Assembly: GCA_050873585.1 (NCBI GenBank)
Contig: JBNMJA010000001.1
Location: 1-58,729, forward strand
From: Bacillota bacterium
GTDB taxonomy: Bacteria; Bacillota; Clostridia; Christensenellales; CAG-917
Length of the DNA stretch: 58,729 nucleotides
Direction: 5' to 3'
Position 1 is the stretch's first letter, and each line of letters opens with the position of its first letter. Below the pieces are notes generated by a model. The model had not been told where the DNA came from, did not search any database, and saw nothing but the letters and a program-made list of their open reading frames with translations. The position numbers were made by a program, and so were the translations under genes. Below, one piece after another: positions 27,217-36,565 of this stretch.

Positions 27217-27231
27217 AGAACGAAAATAAGA

Positions 27232-27327
27232 TTTTGAGATGAAAACAAGAAAGAGCCTCGCTCTCAGGCAGACGCGTACGGAAGTACTCTCCTGACCGAT
27301 TGCGGGGCTTTTATTTGTTCTTTCAGG
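27232..27327 (-). repeat. Variant (more symmetric) copy of the palindromic element family
   Basis: The arm GATGAAAACAAGAAAGAGCCTCGC pairs with the arm GCGGGGCTTTTATTTGTTCTTTCAG. The apex is CGCGTACGGAAGTACTCTC. Confidence 0.7.
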
Positions 27328-27403
27328 ACTCTTGCGCCTAAATATGCGCCAAGTTATCTAAAAGAGATAAGTGACATAAGTTTAGCATTCGGCGCAATTA
27401 TGA

Positions 27404-27820
27404 TTACAAATATGCCCTCAACGCCTTAATGTTTTTGTCGTAGACTTTCATAAGATCTTTCGCAAGATCGGGGACGTCAACGCCGTCGCGATTGAGTTCG
27501 TTGATGCACTTTTGCACGCTTTCGATGCCCATATTGTAACCGTCGATGAGCATTGACGCAAGGTGCGAGCAAGAACTGTTTATGCCGGCGTTCATTTTGA
27601 CTCCTGCCTTGAGCATCATTCGTTGCACGGGATTCGTTTGCGCGTCTTCGAGTTCTTTTTCGCTGAGTTCGGATTTTGCCTTTTGATAGAATTCCTCCAT
27701 AGTTTCCTTTTGAGAGAGGACGAGGTTTTTCATTTTTTCGCAATCGATATAGTTCATCATATTGTCGATTGACTGCGCACCCATTGCTGTGTTGCGCACT
27801 ATTTCTCTATAAATTTTCAT
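27404..27820 (-). CDS. Hypothetical helical protein
   Basis: 138 aa with RBS AAGGAGAA and no TM helix. I recognise no motif. Confidence 0.65.
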   Translation of the reverse strand: MKIYREIVRNTAMGAQSIDNMMNYIDCEKMKNLVLSQKETMEEFYQKAKSELSEKELEDAQTNPVQRMMLKAGVKMNAGINSSCSHLASMLIDGYNMGIESVQKCINELNRDGVDVPDLAKDLMKVYDKNIKALRAYL

Positions 27821-27877
27821 GGTTTTCTCCTTTTGATTTTTTATTATTGTCTGTCAAAAAATCAATAGTATACGTTG

Positions 27878-28426
27878 TCAAGAAAACAGTTTGTCCAGCC
27901 ACTCTTTCACCCAGGATTTGTACACGATTTTTTCGGAGGCGTCACTCTCGGGACAGAAGCAAAGGGGAGGGAAAGCCACGCACCACCAATTGTCGCCAAC
28001 GCCTTCTCCGAGATAAATTATCAGCGCATCGTAGTTGCCTTCGGGAAAGTCGTAACCGTCGTATTTTCTGTCGGGGAAATATTCGTTTTTTAACGCAATC
28101 GAGGCTTTATATTCAAAATCGTTTGCATAAAGCGTTTGATTCGCGATTTTGACAAGATTTGATTTTTCTTTTTCGAGCGTTTTTCTTGCGTCTTCTTTAC
28201 TCTTGCAACCGTCAAGTCTGCCACTCAAATACTCGGTGATTTCATCACGCACTTTGAGTTTTACGGCTTGGTCTTGCTCGCTGTTGGAGTTGGCGCGTAT
28301 ATGTATTCTTATGCACTCGTTTGCAAGTTCTTCTTGCGATGGAGCGCTGTCGCAGGCGCACAGCAAAAGCGCGGATAAAATCAAAACGGATACGGTTGCA
28401 ATCAAAACTATAGTTGCTTTTTTCAT
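27878..28426 (-). CDS. spoIIR: Stage II sporulation protein R
   Basis: A signal/anchor segment is followed by IRIHIRANSNSEQDQAVKLKVRDEI, the characteristic SpoIIR motif. Confidence 0.88.
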   Translation of the reverse strand: MKKATIVLIATVSVLILSALLLCACDSAPSQEELANECIRIHIRANSNSEQDQAVKLKVRDEITEYLSGRLDGCKSKEDARKTLEKEKSNLVKIANQTLYANDFEYKASIALKNEYFPDRKYDGYDFPEGNYDALIIYLGEGVGDNWWCVAFPPLCFCPESDASEKIVYKSWVKEWLDKLFS

Positions 28427-28512
28427 AGCGGTATTATTGCCGCCTTGTCCTTTTGTTATACGTGCATAAAAACTTGACGAAGTGAAAGACTATCCAAAAC
28501 AAGAGGTGAAAC

Positions 28513-29211
28513 ATGAATTGTAATTCCACGGCAAAAAAGAGCGTGCTTTTGATTTTTGCATTTGCGCTCGTGCTTGCTTGGATAATGAGTTTGCTTTTCG
28601 TCGATACGCAAGACGTTGCGGACGCGGCAACTCTCAAGCAAGGTTCGCGCGGCGATCTCGTCAAAACCGTACAACAAAAACTCATAAAGTGGGGCTATCT
28701 CAAAGGTAGCGCAGACGGCATATTCGGCGCAAAGACGAAAGCCGCCGTTATTGCTTTCCAGAAGAAAAACGGTCTCACTGCCGACGGCATCATTGGCACG
28801 CGCACGGCGCAAGCGCTCGGCATAAGTCTGTCAAGCACGACTAGCGCGTCGTCCTCGACGTCGTCAACCGATCTCAATCTGCTTGCAAGGGTCGTTTACG
28901 GAGAGGCAAGGGGAGAGCCGTACACGGGACAAGTCGCGGTTGCGGCGGTCGTACTCAATCGCGTGCGTTCCTCGTCTTTTCCCAACAGCGTTGCGGGAGT
29001 GGTGTATCAGTCGGGCGCGTTCGATTGCGTGAGCGACGGACAAATCAATCTCACGCCCAATCAATCCGCTTACAACGCCGCCAAAGACGCCCTCAACGGC
29101 TGGGATCCGACGTACGGGTGCTTATTTTACTACAATCCGCGCACGGCAACGAGCAAATGGATGCTCTCGCGCACGGTCAAACTCTCGATAGGCAATCACG
29201 CCTTTTGTTAA
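28513..29211 (+). CDS. sleB: Spore cortex-lytic enzyme SleB (PG_binding_1 + Hydrolase_2)
   Basis: The peptidoglycan-binding repeat reads VKTVQQKLIKWGYL...DGIFGAKTKAAVIAFQKKNGLTADGIIG. The catalytic domain reads LLARVVYGEARGEPYTGQVAVAAVVLNRV. Confidence 0.9.
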   Translation: MNCNSTAKKSVLLIFAFALVLAWIMSLLFVDTQDVADAATLKQGSRGDLVKTVQQKLIKWGYLKGSADGIFGAKTKAAVIAFQKKNGLTADGIIGTRTAQALGISLSSTTSASSSTSSTDLNLLARVVYGEARGEPYTGQVAVAAVVLNRVRSSSFPNSVAGVVYQSGAFDCVSDGQINLTPNQSAYNAAKDALNGWDPTYGCLFYYNPRTATSKWMLSRTVKLSIGNHAFC

Positions 29212-29223
29212 AGGAGATAAAAT

Positions 29224-30615
29224 ATGAAAAAGAATAACAACAAACAATGCGATCAATCCGAAAAGAAGAAAAAGCCGTCCTCCAAGGTGGTGAAAACCGC
29301 TGTTTTGGGCACTGTGCTCGGTCTGTTTGCAAGCGCGATAGTCGGCCTTTCGGTTGCGCTTTATTATGCGCAAACCAGCGTAAATACGCACGAGGCGTAT
29401 CAGCGACAGATCGATGCGATCTATCAAAGAGCCTATTTTGACCTTCTCGACGGCGCAAGCGATTTGGGCATAAATCTGCGCAAGATAAGCGTGTCCAACT
29501 CAAAGAGTATGCAACAATCGCTTCTTTACGAGGTTTGGAGCGCGTCCGAACTTGCCGCAGGCAATCTCGCAACTTTCAAGGCAGACGACGACGGAATACT
29601 CAAAGCGCAGAAATTTGTCAATCAACTCGGCGATTATTCGCACACGCTTGCCCTCCAACTTGCCAACGGCAAATCGTTGAGCGAGCAGGACAGAGCAACT
29701 CTCTTCAAAATGGGAGATGTTGCAGACGAGTATCAAAGAGCGCTTGAAAAGGTGCAGAGAAATCTCGACGACGCAGATCTCGATCTTTCCGACGACGGTG
29801 CGCTCGACGTGTTCGTACAGTCGTTCTCGTCGTTTGCCGAACCGAGTTTCGAGTATCCCGAAATGATATACGACGGACCGTTCTCGTCCGCTTTGGAGAA
29901 TAGAGAAACAAAAGGACTTCACGGCGAAGAAATCACGGTAGAACAGGGAGCGGAACTTGTCAAAAAGCATTTGTCCGCACTCAAGCCCTCCGAAATTCAC
30001 TACGTTTCGGAAGCGAACGGCGATATAGTCACGCTCGATTATACAGTGGCGATAAACGGCGAGAGAGCATATGTCCAGATTGCAAAACGGGGAGGCATGC
30101 TCATATCGTTCAATTCGAGAGGAGAAGCGCAAAGCACAAGCATAACAGAGGCAAGCAAAACATGTCAGGAGCGTGCTCTTGCTTTTGCCCGATCTGCAGG
30201 CTTTGAAGACATGTTTGTCGTATGGTCGTCGGCCTCCGACGGAGAGTGCGTCATCAATCTCGCGCCATTGCAAGACGGTGTTATTCTTTATCCCGACCTT
30301 GTCAAAGTCAAAGTTCGAGAGTCTGACAATTCGATTATAGGATTCGACGCCACTCATTATGCTTTCAACCATTGCACGAGAGCGCTTGACGCGCCCGCAA
30401 TTTCGCTTGAAACCGCCACTCAAAACGTATCGATTCCCGCCATTCGTCAAGGCAGACTAGCCCTCATACCGCTTCGTGAAACTCGCGAAGTTCTCGCCTA
30501 TGAGTTCGAGTGCCACCAAAACAGTGTTTATTATATCTATATAGACGCGCGCACGGGTGAAGAGGTGAATATATTGTACGTTATTGAGGACGATCTTGGT
30601 CAGCGCACCGCCTGA
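29224..30615 (+). CDS. ypeB: Germination protein YpeB
   Basis: 463 aa with an N-terminal TM helix, lying immediately downstream of sleB. This sleB-ypeB operon is conserved in spore formers. The C-terminal half is compatible with PepSY domains. Confidence 0.8.
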   Translation: MKKNNNKQCDQSEKKKKPSSKVVKTAVLGTVLGLFASAIVGLSVALYYAQTSVNTHEAYQRQIDAIYQRAYFDLLDGASDLGINLRKISVSNSKSMQQSLLYEVWSASELAAGNLATFKADDDGILKAQKFVNQLGDYSHTLALQLANGKSLSEQDRATLFKMGDVADEYQRALEKVQRNLDDADLDLSDDGALDVFVQSFSSFAEPSFEYPEMIYDGPFSSALENRETKGLHGEEITVEQGAELVKKHLSALKPSEIHYVSEANGDIVTLDYTVAINGERAYVQIAKRGGMLISFNSRGEAQSTSITEASKTCQERALAFARSAGFEDMFVVWSSASDGECVINLAPLQDGVILYPDLVKVKVRESDNSIIGFDATHYAFNHCTRALDAPAISLETATQNVSIPAIRQGRLALIPLRETREVLAYEFECHQNSVYYIYIDARTGEEVNILYVIEDDLGQRTA

Positions 30616-30738
30616 AAAGGCACTATTTGGCGAATAACCGCGTCAGGCACGGCTTGCCCCAAAATCACGTACGTCTATGTACGTTAGGTTTTGTTTCAAG
30701 CCGTGCCTTCCTTGTTCTTTATCCAAATAGTGCCTTTT
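30615..30738 (+). repeat. Complete palindromic element (apex variant A) starting at the ypeB stop codon
   Basis: The outer stem is AAAAGGCACTATTTGG/CCAAATAGTGCCTTTT and the inner stem is GGCACGGCTTG/CAAGCCGTGCC. The conserved loops are CGAATAACCGCGTCA and TTCCTTGTTCTTTATC. Confidence 0.9.
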
Positions 30739-30755
30739 CACAAAAGATCATTAAA

Positions 30756-30851
30756 GGCGAACCGCATCAGTGCATATTGCCCATCAATTCACGTACGCAT
30801 AAGTACGCTCGTTGTTCAAAAATCGTATCTTCCTTGTTCTTCATCCAAATT
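30756..30851 (+). repeat. Degenerate copy of the palindromic element
   Basis: It retains GGCGAACCGCATCAG, the apex TCACGTACGCATAAGTACGCTC and CTTCCTTGTTCTTCATCC. The stem complementarity is largely lost. Confidence 0.7.
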
Positions 30852-31221
30852 GCTCAAACGGCATTGCGGCGATGACAATCGCCCCGCAGTGCCATTCAGA
30901 GGAGCGTAGCGACGTGGGAATCCCCTAAATAGAAACGAGAGACTTGTTTGGGCGATTGCCATAAACCGCATTTGTTCTCGCAATCACTCCGCGCAACCGA
31001 TACACGCTATCAGTTCAAGCACAGATAAAAACTCAAGCCGCAATTTCGCTATATCGCTTGCTTGGTATTTGCGCCTGTGGCGCGAGCGGCAAAATGCAAT
31101 TTGCGTGTTATGCACGCAAGCGGATAATTTAGTAATTTTTCACAATTCGAACGTAGTAAGGTATCGCTTTGTTGCGTGAAGCATATGATGCATAGATGCG
31201 TTTTCGCTCAAACCACACGTT

Positions 31222-31265
31222 AAAAACAAAAAGCCATCGGCAATTGCCGATGGCTTTGGTTTTTC
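31222..31265 (-). terminator. Rho-independent (bidirectional) terminator
   Basis: A perfect palindrome AAGCCATCGGCAATTGCCGATGGCTT is flanked by an A-rich and a T-rich run. It lies 9 nt downstream of the minus-strand gene that ends at 31274. Confidence 0.85.
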
Positions 31266-31273
31266 AGTCGCAA

Positions 31274-32077
31274 TTATTTGACCTTCTTTTCCTTTCTGTT
31301 CAAGGACTTGCAGAAGCAAAGACCAAAAACGAGTTGCAACACGCCGAGTGCCGCAGAAACGATAAACATATATTGTCCGCCAATAACGCTTCCGAAGAAG
31401 GCTCTGATATCTCCTTGCCAAACGGATGCATCTGCCGCAAACAAATCAACGATGAAGGGACGGAACATCATAAATACGCCGCCGAGACACAAAATGATGC
31501 TCATCACGAGGTTGTAGGCTCTGCCGTACTTCTTGCCGCAAGCAGAAACGAGTGCGACGATGAAGTTGATGCCTGCAAGAGTGAATACGATCATCGGGAT
31601 GATGGTCAAAATGCCGGCAACAGGATTTTCAAAATAACCTTTGAACTCACCAAAGTTTTGGATGAGGGTGTTCCAGCAAGTGATTCCGTCAAAATATTTG
31701 ATGCCGAACAAGTCGTTTTTGATCGTGCCGTTTGAGACAAGATAGCCCACGACGGACAACGCAACGAATAGGAGCGACAAAATCATCATCGTGATATTTC
31801 TGCCGATACCGCTGTGTTTTGCCTTGACTTTGGGTTGTGCAACCGCCGTTTCCTCACCGGAGTAGACCGGCTCGAAGTTGGTTTGCGGTTGTGTATATGC
31901 CGGTGCTTGTTGCACCAATGTGGCGGGAGTAGTGTCGATTTTGTTGATTTTAACGCCAATGGTCACTCCGCAACTGGGGCATTTGATGCGATGCTTGTAT
32001 CCGTCGGGAAGCGATTCCATATTCGCAGGGGGCTCGAAACTGATTTCGGCTCTGCAACTGGGACATCTAGTGTACAT
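31274..32077 (-). CDS. Zinc-ribbon-anchored polytopic membrane protein, hypothetical
   Basis: RBS AAGGAG is present. The N-terminus reads CPSCRAEISF...KCPSCGVTIG. It is followed by about 5 hydrophobic segments. Confidence 0.7.
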   Translation of the reverse strand: MYTRCPSCRAEISFEPPANMESLPDGYKHRIKCPSCGVTIGVKINKIDTTPATLVQQAPAYTQPQTNFEPVYSGEETAVAQPKVKAKHSGIGRNITMMILSLLFVALSVVGYLVSNGTIKNDLFGIKYFDGITCWNTLIQNFGEFKGYFENPVAGILTIIPMIVFTLAGINFIVALVSACGKKYGRAYNLVMSIILCLGGVFMMFRPFIVDLFAADASVWQGDIRAFFGSVIGGQYMFIVSAALGVLQLVFGLCFCKSLNRKEKKVK

Positions 32078-32310
32078 AGTTCATCTCCTTAAAAACTATT
32101 CTTTCGATATTATATTATTATCGCGCGATAAAGTCAATGATAGAAAGGGAAAAATTTATTAAAATTTCGACCGAAAAAGGCGGTGTGAAAATCGAAGAGA
32201 CGACGATTTTTCACAAAATCGGTGTTTAAACATGCAAAACGAGATGATAAACGCCGCTTATGTGTGAAAAATGCTTCTTAAGAATTATTAAAAAAATTTA
32301 CGCCGAAATT

Positions 32311-32628
32311 TCAGCCCGTTTTTCGCTCTTTTTCGTCAATATATTTTTTCATACTGACGTAGTCTGCGCACACGCTTAGTATGTATCGCTGTTTTTCGTC
32401 GTGAGAAAGGTTTTTCATCTTTTCCGGATCGGCAAAACTTGCCACGGGATTCACGATGGATTCGCCGTCCTTTTTGAGTTTGCAAAGTTTGAAATAGATC
32501 TCCTTTTGTTCGGGAGTTGCGCCGAGCGGCGCACTGCTTTCGCTCTCGTAATCGTTTTTGCAAAGTCGTGCTTTTGCATTTTTGGCAAGTTGTCTCATTG
32601 CGCAATTTTTGTGTTTTACGTTGCTCAT
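32311..32628 (-). CDS. Hypothetical small soluble protein
   Basis: ATG 32628 (MSNVKHKN) follows AAGGAGG; the ORF track opens at 32655. I recognise no motif. Confidence 0.6.
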   Translation of the reverse strand: MSNVKHKNCAMRQLAKNAKARLCKNDYESESSAPLGATPEQKEIYFKLCKLKKDGESIVNPVASFADPEKMKNLSHDEKQRYILSVCADYVSMKKYIDEKERKTG

Positions 32629-32704
32629 ATCCGCCTCCTTTTCAAATGGTAGCACATATCACACGGAAAGAAAGATACAAGACAAAACAAGACAAATAAT
32701 GCTA

Positions 32705-33013
32705 TTATTCGTCCTTATTCTTACGACGTTTCTTGCGGATTTTTGACAAAAGAAGAGGTAGAGCGGTCACACCGATGACGTATGCGCAAACGCCGTATAG
32801 CGACACTTTGCCTTGCATGAAAAATTCCACGCAACATACGAAGCCCGCGCAGATTGCCGCGGTTGCGAAAAGGTCGGTCAGCGCGCGCTCGAAAAACCCC
32901 GCTTTTCTAGTGAAGAGAAGCGCAAAAACGCCTGCGACAAGTCCTGCCGCAAGACATAGTGCAAAGCATATCGCTTGCGCTTTTGCGTTTGCTCCGAGAT
33001 GGGGAACGTTCAT
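32705..33013 (-). CDS. yabQ: Spore cortex biosynthesis protein YabQ
   Basis: 102 aa with three hydrophobic segments and a basic tail. Its start overlaps the yabP stop (ATGA). The yabP-yabQ pairing is conserved in spore formers. Confidence 0.75.
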   Translation of the reverse strand: MNVPHLGANAKAQAICFALCLAAGLVAGVFALLFTRKAGFFERALTDLFATAAICAGFVCCVEFFMQGKVSLYGVCAYVIGVTALPLLLSKIRKKRRKNKDE

Positions 33014-33321
33014 TTGAAAATGCGTTTTGCAAACGACGACGGCGCCGAGGACGACGAGTATTTTAGAGCGTTCACTTGTCCTTCGATTTGCAGTCTGCCT
33101 TCGGTCACGTCAAGATTTTTCACCGAGAGATTCTGTCCCGATACCGTAAGGGTTTCGTCTTTTAGACGAATGACGATATTTTTGTCGGTGAAAGTCGGCA
33201 CGTCCTCGACGCCGGTCACGCTCATTGCGTGCAGATGGTCAAGCTCCACTTTATGCGAAGTTTTTTGCACCGTTTTTGCGGCTTGGTCTATATTCTTTTG
33301 AGAGTTTTTGACAAAATCCAT
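33010..33321 (-). CDS. yabP: Sporulation protein YabP
   Basis: ATG 33321 follows AAGGAG. The sequence HKVELDHLHAMSVTGVEDVPTFTDKNIVIRLKDETLTVSGQNLSVKNLDVTEGRLQIEG fits the YabP pattern. The ORF track opens much further upstream, at 33480. Confidence 0.82.
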   Translation of the reverse strand: MDFVKNSQKNIDQAAKTVQKTSHKVELDHLHAMSVTGVEDVPTFTDKNIVIRLKDETLTVSGQNLSVKNLDVTEGRLQIEGQVNALKYSSSSAPSSFAKRIFK

Positions 33322-33350
33322 AATGCTCCTTTTGTGCGTTGCACATTTCA

Positions 33351-33379
33351 TTGACAATAATATTAAAAAAGAATAAAAT
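33351..33379 (+). promoter_or_regulatory. Sigma-A-type promoter (TTGACA-17-TAAAAT)
   Basis: TTGACA lies at 33351-33356, followed by a 17-nt spacer and TAAAAT at 33374-33379. Confidence 0.5.
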
Positions 33380-33412
33380 ATATGCAACATAAAGAAAAGG
33401 CGGTGGCGAAAT

Positions 33413-34717
33413 TTGTCGACTCGCACGAAAGACACGTTTGAAAAAACCGATAAAAACGGCGGAAAAAACGCAAAAAACAAGGCAAAAAAATTGCGCCTCG
33501 AGATTGACCATTCCGCAAAGTTTTATCCTATAATGTCCACCAAAAAAGCGCAAAGTCTGTTCAGAATTTCCGCGATAATGAAAGAGGACGTAGATAAAGA
33601 AGCGTTGCAAATTGCCTTAAACGACGTGTTGCCGCGATTCGAGGCGTACAAAGTAAGACTCAGAAAAGGCTATGCGTGGCATTTCTTCGAACCTAACGAC
33701 GCACCGTGCAAAGTGTTTGCCGAAGAGGCGCTTTTGAAGCCGATAAATCCCGACGTCACCAACGGATACTGGTTCAGGGTGTCTGCGCTAGGCAATCAGA
33801 TCGTGCTTGAAATATTCCATGCGCTTGCGGACGGCAACGGCGCGCTCGCATTTTTGAAGAGTATCGTCAAGCGTTATCGCGAAGTGAAAGGCTTTACGGT
33901 TGAGGACGAGGGCGTTATCGACTGGCAGAGCCAGCCGCACGCGGAGGAAGTCGAGGACAGTTTTGAGAAAAACTACAAGCCCATTCCGCTCGGGCAGATG
34001 AACCTCAAAGCGCTTGCGGGCAAAGTGCCTCATCGCATAAAGGGCACGTTGTCAAAAGACGGCTACGCCGTGAGCGAGGGCGTGGTCGAGGCAAGCGACG
34101 TCATAAGAAACGCAAAAGCGATCGGCGTATCTTTCACTGCGTACGTCGCAGGTGTGCTTGCGCACTCGATTGAAAAGGTGTCGGGCAACAAGATGCCCAT
34201 TGCGATGATGATTCCCGTCAATCTTCGCTCTCTTTACCCGTCGAGAACGATGCGCAATTTCGTCACGTTCGTCAGAATAATCATTGCTCCGTCCGAGTTT
34301 AAGAGTGTGGAGGAGTGCGCAAAGGAAACACAACGCCAACTCAAAATCAAGACCGCAAAGGACAAACTCGACGCCTTTATCTCAACGACGGTGAAAGCGC
34401 AGAAAAATTGGATTCTGAAAGTCGTTCCGCTCTTTCTCAAAACGGCGATACTGCGCCTGGGCAGAGTGTTTATGCGCTCTCGTCAGACGATAATATTCAG
34501 CAATTTGGGCAACGTGATTTCTCCCGAAAGTATGGGGGTAGAGCGTTATGCGCTCAACATGAACGTGTCCAAAAACAACACGCAGAATCTCGGTGCAATC
34601 ACCACCAACGGCAAAACCACTTTTGCGTTCACGCGAGCGATAAAAGAGAAGTCGCTCCCCGACGAGTTCTTCTCCGAACTTCAAAACGCAGGGATTCCCG
34701 TTCTCGCCGATAAATAA
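33413..34717 (+). CDS. Condensation-domain-like acyltransferase (HxxxDG; alcohol acetyltransferase/WS-DGAT-like)
   Basis: 434 aa. The catalytic-type motif FHALADGNGA is present, and the N-terminal LEIDHSAKFYPI resembles the conserved N-terminus of this family. Only a TTG start (33413) lies upstream of that segment. Confidence 0.7.
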   Translation: MSTRTKDTFEKTDKNGGKNAKNKAKKLRLEIDHSAKFYPIMSTKKAQSLFRISAIMKEDVDKEALQIALNDVLPRFEAYKVRLRKGYAWHFFEPNDAPCKVFAEEALLKPINPDVTNGYWFRVSALGNQIVLEIFHALADGNGALAFLKSIVKRYREVKGFTVEDEGVIDWQSQPHAEEVEDSFEKNYKPIPLGQMNLKALAGKVPHRIKGTLSKDGYAVSEGVVEASDVIRNAKAIGVSFTAYVAGVLAHSIEKVSGNKMPIAMMIPVNLRSLYPSRTMRNFVTFVRIIIAPSEFKSVEECAKETQRQLKIKTAKDKLDAFISTTVKAQKNWILKVVPLFLKTAILRLGRVFMRSRQTIIFSNLGNVISPESMGVERYALNMNVSKNNTQNLGAITTNGKTTFAFTRAIKEKSLPDEFFSELQNAGIPVLADK

Positions 34718-34771
34718 TCCCGTGCAGGCAACGCCTTCACACGAAAGAAACTATTCATATCAGAGGTATAT

Positions 34772-36559
34772 ATGAAACAACTCAACTCAAGCGAACTTCG
34801 CAAACTTTATCTCGACTATTACAAGTCCAAGGGCCACGCCGTCATAGGATCCGCGTCCCTTATTCCCGAAAACGACCCGACCGTGCTTTTCACCACGGCA
34901 GGTATGCATCCGCTCGTGCCTTATCTTTTGGGCGAGAAGCACCCGGCAGGCAATCGTTTGACCGACGTGCAGGTATGCGTGCGTACGGGCGACATAGACG
35001 AAGTGGGCGACGCCACTCACTGCACATTCTTCGAGATGCTGGGCAGATGGTCGCTTGGCGACTATTTCAAAGAGTATGCGATCTCTTGTTCGTACGATTT
35101 CTTGCTCAATCAACTCGAGTTTGACAAGGACAAATTTGCCGTGACGGTCTTTGCCGGCGACGAAGATTGCCCTCGCGACGAGGAAAGCGCGTCTTATTGG
35201 AAAGCGCAAGGCATCCCCGAGGATCATATTTTCTATTGCAACAAGAAGCACAACTGGTGGGGACCTGCCGGCATAACCGGACCTTGCGGACCTGACACGG
35301 AAATGTTCATCGACACGGGCAAACCCAAATGCTCGGACGATTGCTCTCCCGCATGTGACTGCGGCAAGTACGTCGAAATCGGCAACGACGTCTTTATGCA
35401 ATACTTCAAAAACGCAGACGGCACGTTCTCTCCGCTCAAGCAAAAGAACGTTGACGAGGGTATGGGGCTCGAGAGAATGCTCTGCATCCTCAACGGCTAC
35501 AAATCCGTGTACGAAACCGACCTCTTCGCCTTTGCAATCAAAAAACTCGAGGAACTCTCGGGCAAGAAGTACGGCGAGGACGAAACCATGGCCGTCGCAA
35601 TGCGCATAGTCGCGGACCACACTCGCACGGCAACCTTCCTTTTGGGCGATCCCAAGGGCATATCGCCCTCTAACGTCGACCAAGGCTACGTTTTGCGCCG
35701 CCTTATCCGCAGAGCAATGAGATATTGCAGAACGTTGGGCATCGACGACAGCGCGCTCGTGGAACTTGCAAAACTCTACGTCGCAAAATATGAAGAGGCG
35801 TATCCCTATATCAAAGAGAACGAGGGCAGAATCGTAAGCGAACTCGAAGCGGAAAAAGACAAGTTTGCAAAGACGATTGAGCAAGGTCTCAAAGAGTTTG
35901 ACAAAATCGTTGCACACCTTCCGCAAAATATGACGGTATTCCCGGGCAAGACCGCATTCAGACTTTATGACACCTACGGCTTCCCCATCGAGATGACGGA
36001 GGAACTCGCAAAAGAAAAAGGCTATACTCTCGACAAGGACGGCTACGACAAAGCGTTTGCCGACCATCAAGCACTCTCCAAAGCGGGAGCGGAGCAGAAA
36101 TTCAAGGGCGGACTTGCGGACGGAGGCGAACTCACCGCAAGACTTCACAGCGCAACACACCTTCTCAACGCCGCGCTCAAAGTCGTGCTTCACGACGACG
36201 GTATTCAACAAAAAGGCAGCAATATTACATCAGAAAGATTGCGTTTCGACTTCAACTTCCCGCGCCCGTTGACGCAAGAGGAAATTCAGCAAGTCGAGAA
36301 AGTCGTCAACGACGAAATCGCAAAAGACAGCGAAATCAAACTTGAAGAAATGTCCGTTGAAGAAGCCAAAAACGCGGGCGCAATCGGCGTGTTCGACAAC
36401 CGCTACGGCGACGTCGTCAAGGTTTATACGATAGGCATTTCCAAAGAAATCTGCGGCGGTCCGCACGCAAAACGCACGGGCGAACTCGGAAAATTCCGCA
36501 TCGTCAAAGAGCAGTCCTCGTCTGCAGGCGTAAGACGTATCAAGGCGGTTTTGGAGTAA
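34772..36559 (+). CDS. alaS: Alanyl-tRNA synthetase, short form lacking the C-Ala domain
   Basis: Class II AlaRS N-terminal motifs are present: LFTTAGMHPLVPY, FFEMLGRWSLGDYFK and MGLERM. The editing-site motifs HSATHLL and CGGPH are also present. The protein ends at 595 aa, soon after the editing core. Confidence 0.85.
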   Translation: MKQLNSSELRKLYLDYYKSKGHAVIGSASLIPENDPTVLFTTAGMHPLVPYLLGEKHPAGNRLTDVQVCVRTGDIDEVGDATHCTFFEMLGRWSLGDYFKEYAISCSYDFLLNQLEFDKDKFAVTVFAGDEDCPRDEESASYWKAQGIPEDHIFYCNKKHNWWGPAGITGPCGPDTEMFIDTGKPKCSDDCSPACDCGKYVEIGNDVFMQYFKNADGTFSPLKQKNVDEGMGLERMLCILNGYKSVYETDLFAFAIKKLEELSGKKYGEDETMAVAMRIVADHTRTATFLLGDPKGISPSNVDQGYVLRRLIRRAMRYCRTLGIDDSALVELAKLYVAKYEEAYPYIKENEGRIVSELEAEKDKFAKTIEQGLKEFDKIVAHLPQNMTVFPGKTAFRLYDTYGFPIEMTEELAKEKGYTLDKDGYDKAFADHQALSKAGAEQKFKGGLADGGELTARLHSATHLLNAALKVVLHDDGIQQKGSNITSERLRFDFNFPRPLTQEEIQQVEKVVNDEIAKDSEIKLEEMSVEEAKNAGAIGVFDNRYGDVVKVYTIGISKEICGGPHAKRTGELGKFRIVKEQSSSAGVRRIKAVLE

Positions 36560-36565
36560 GAGAGT

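Noticed and set aside
33382-33441. 19-codon upstream ORF (ATG 33382) ahead of the acyltransferase gene.
   Set aside because: It starts only 3 nt after the predicted -10 hexamer and has no RBS. It is probably not translated.
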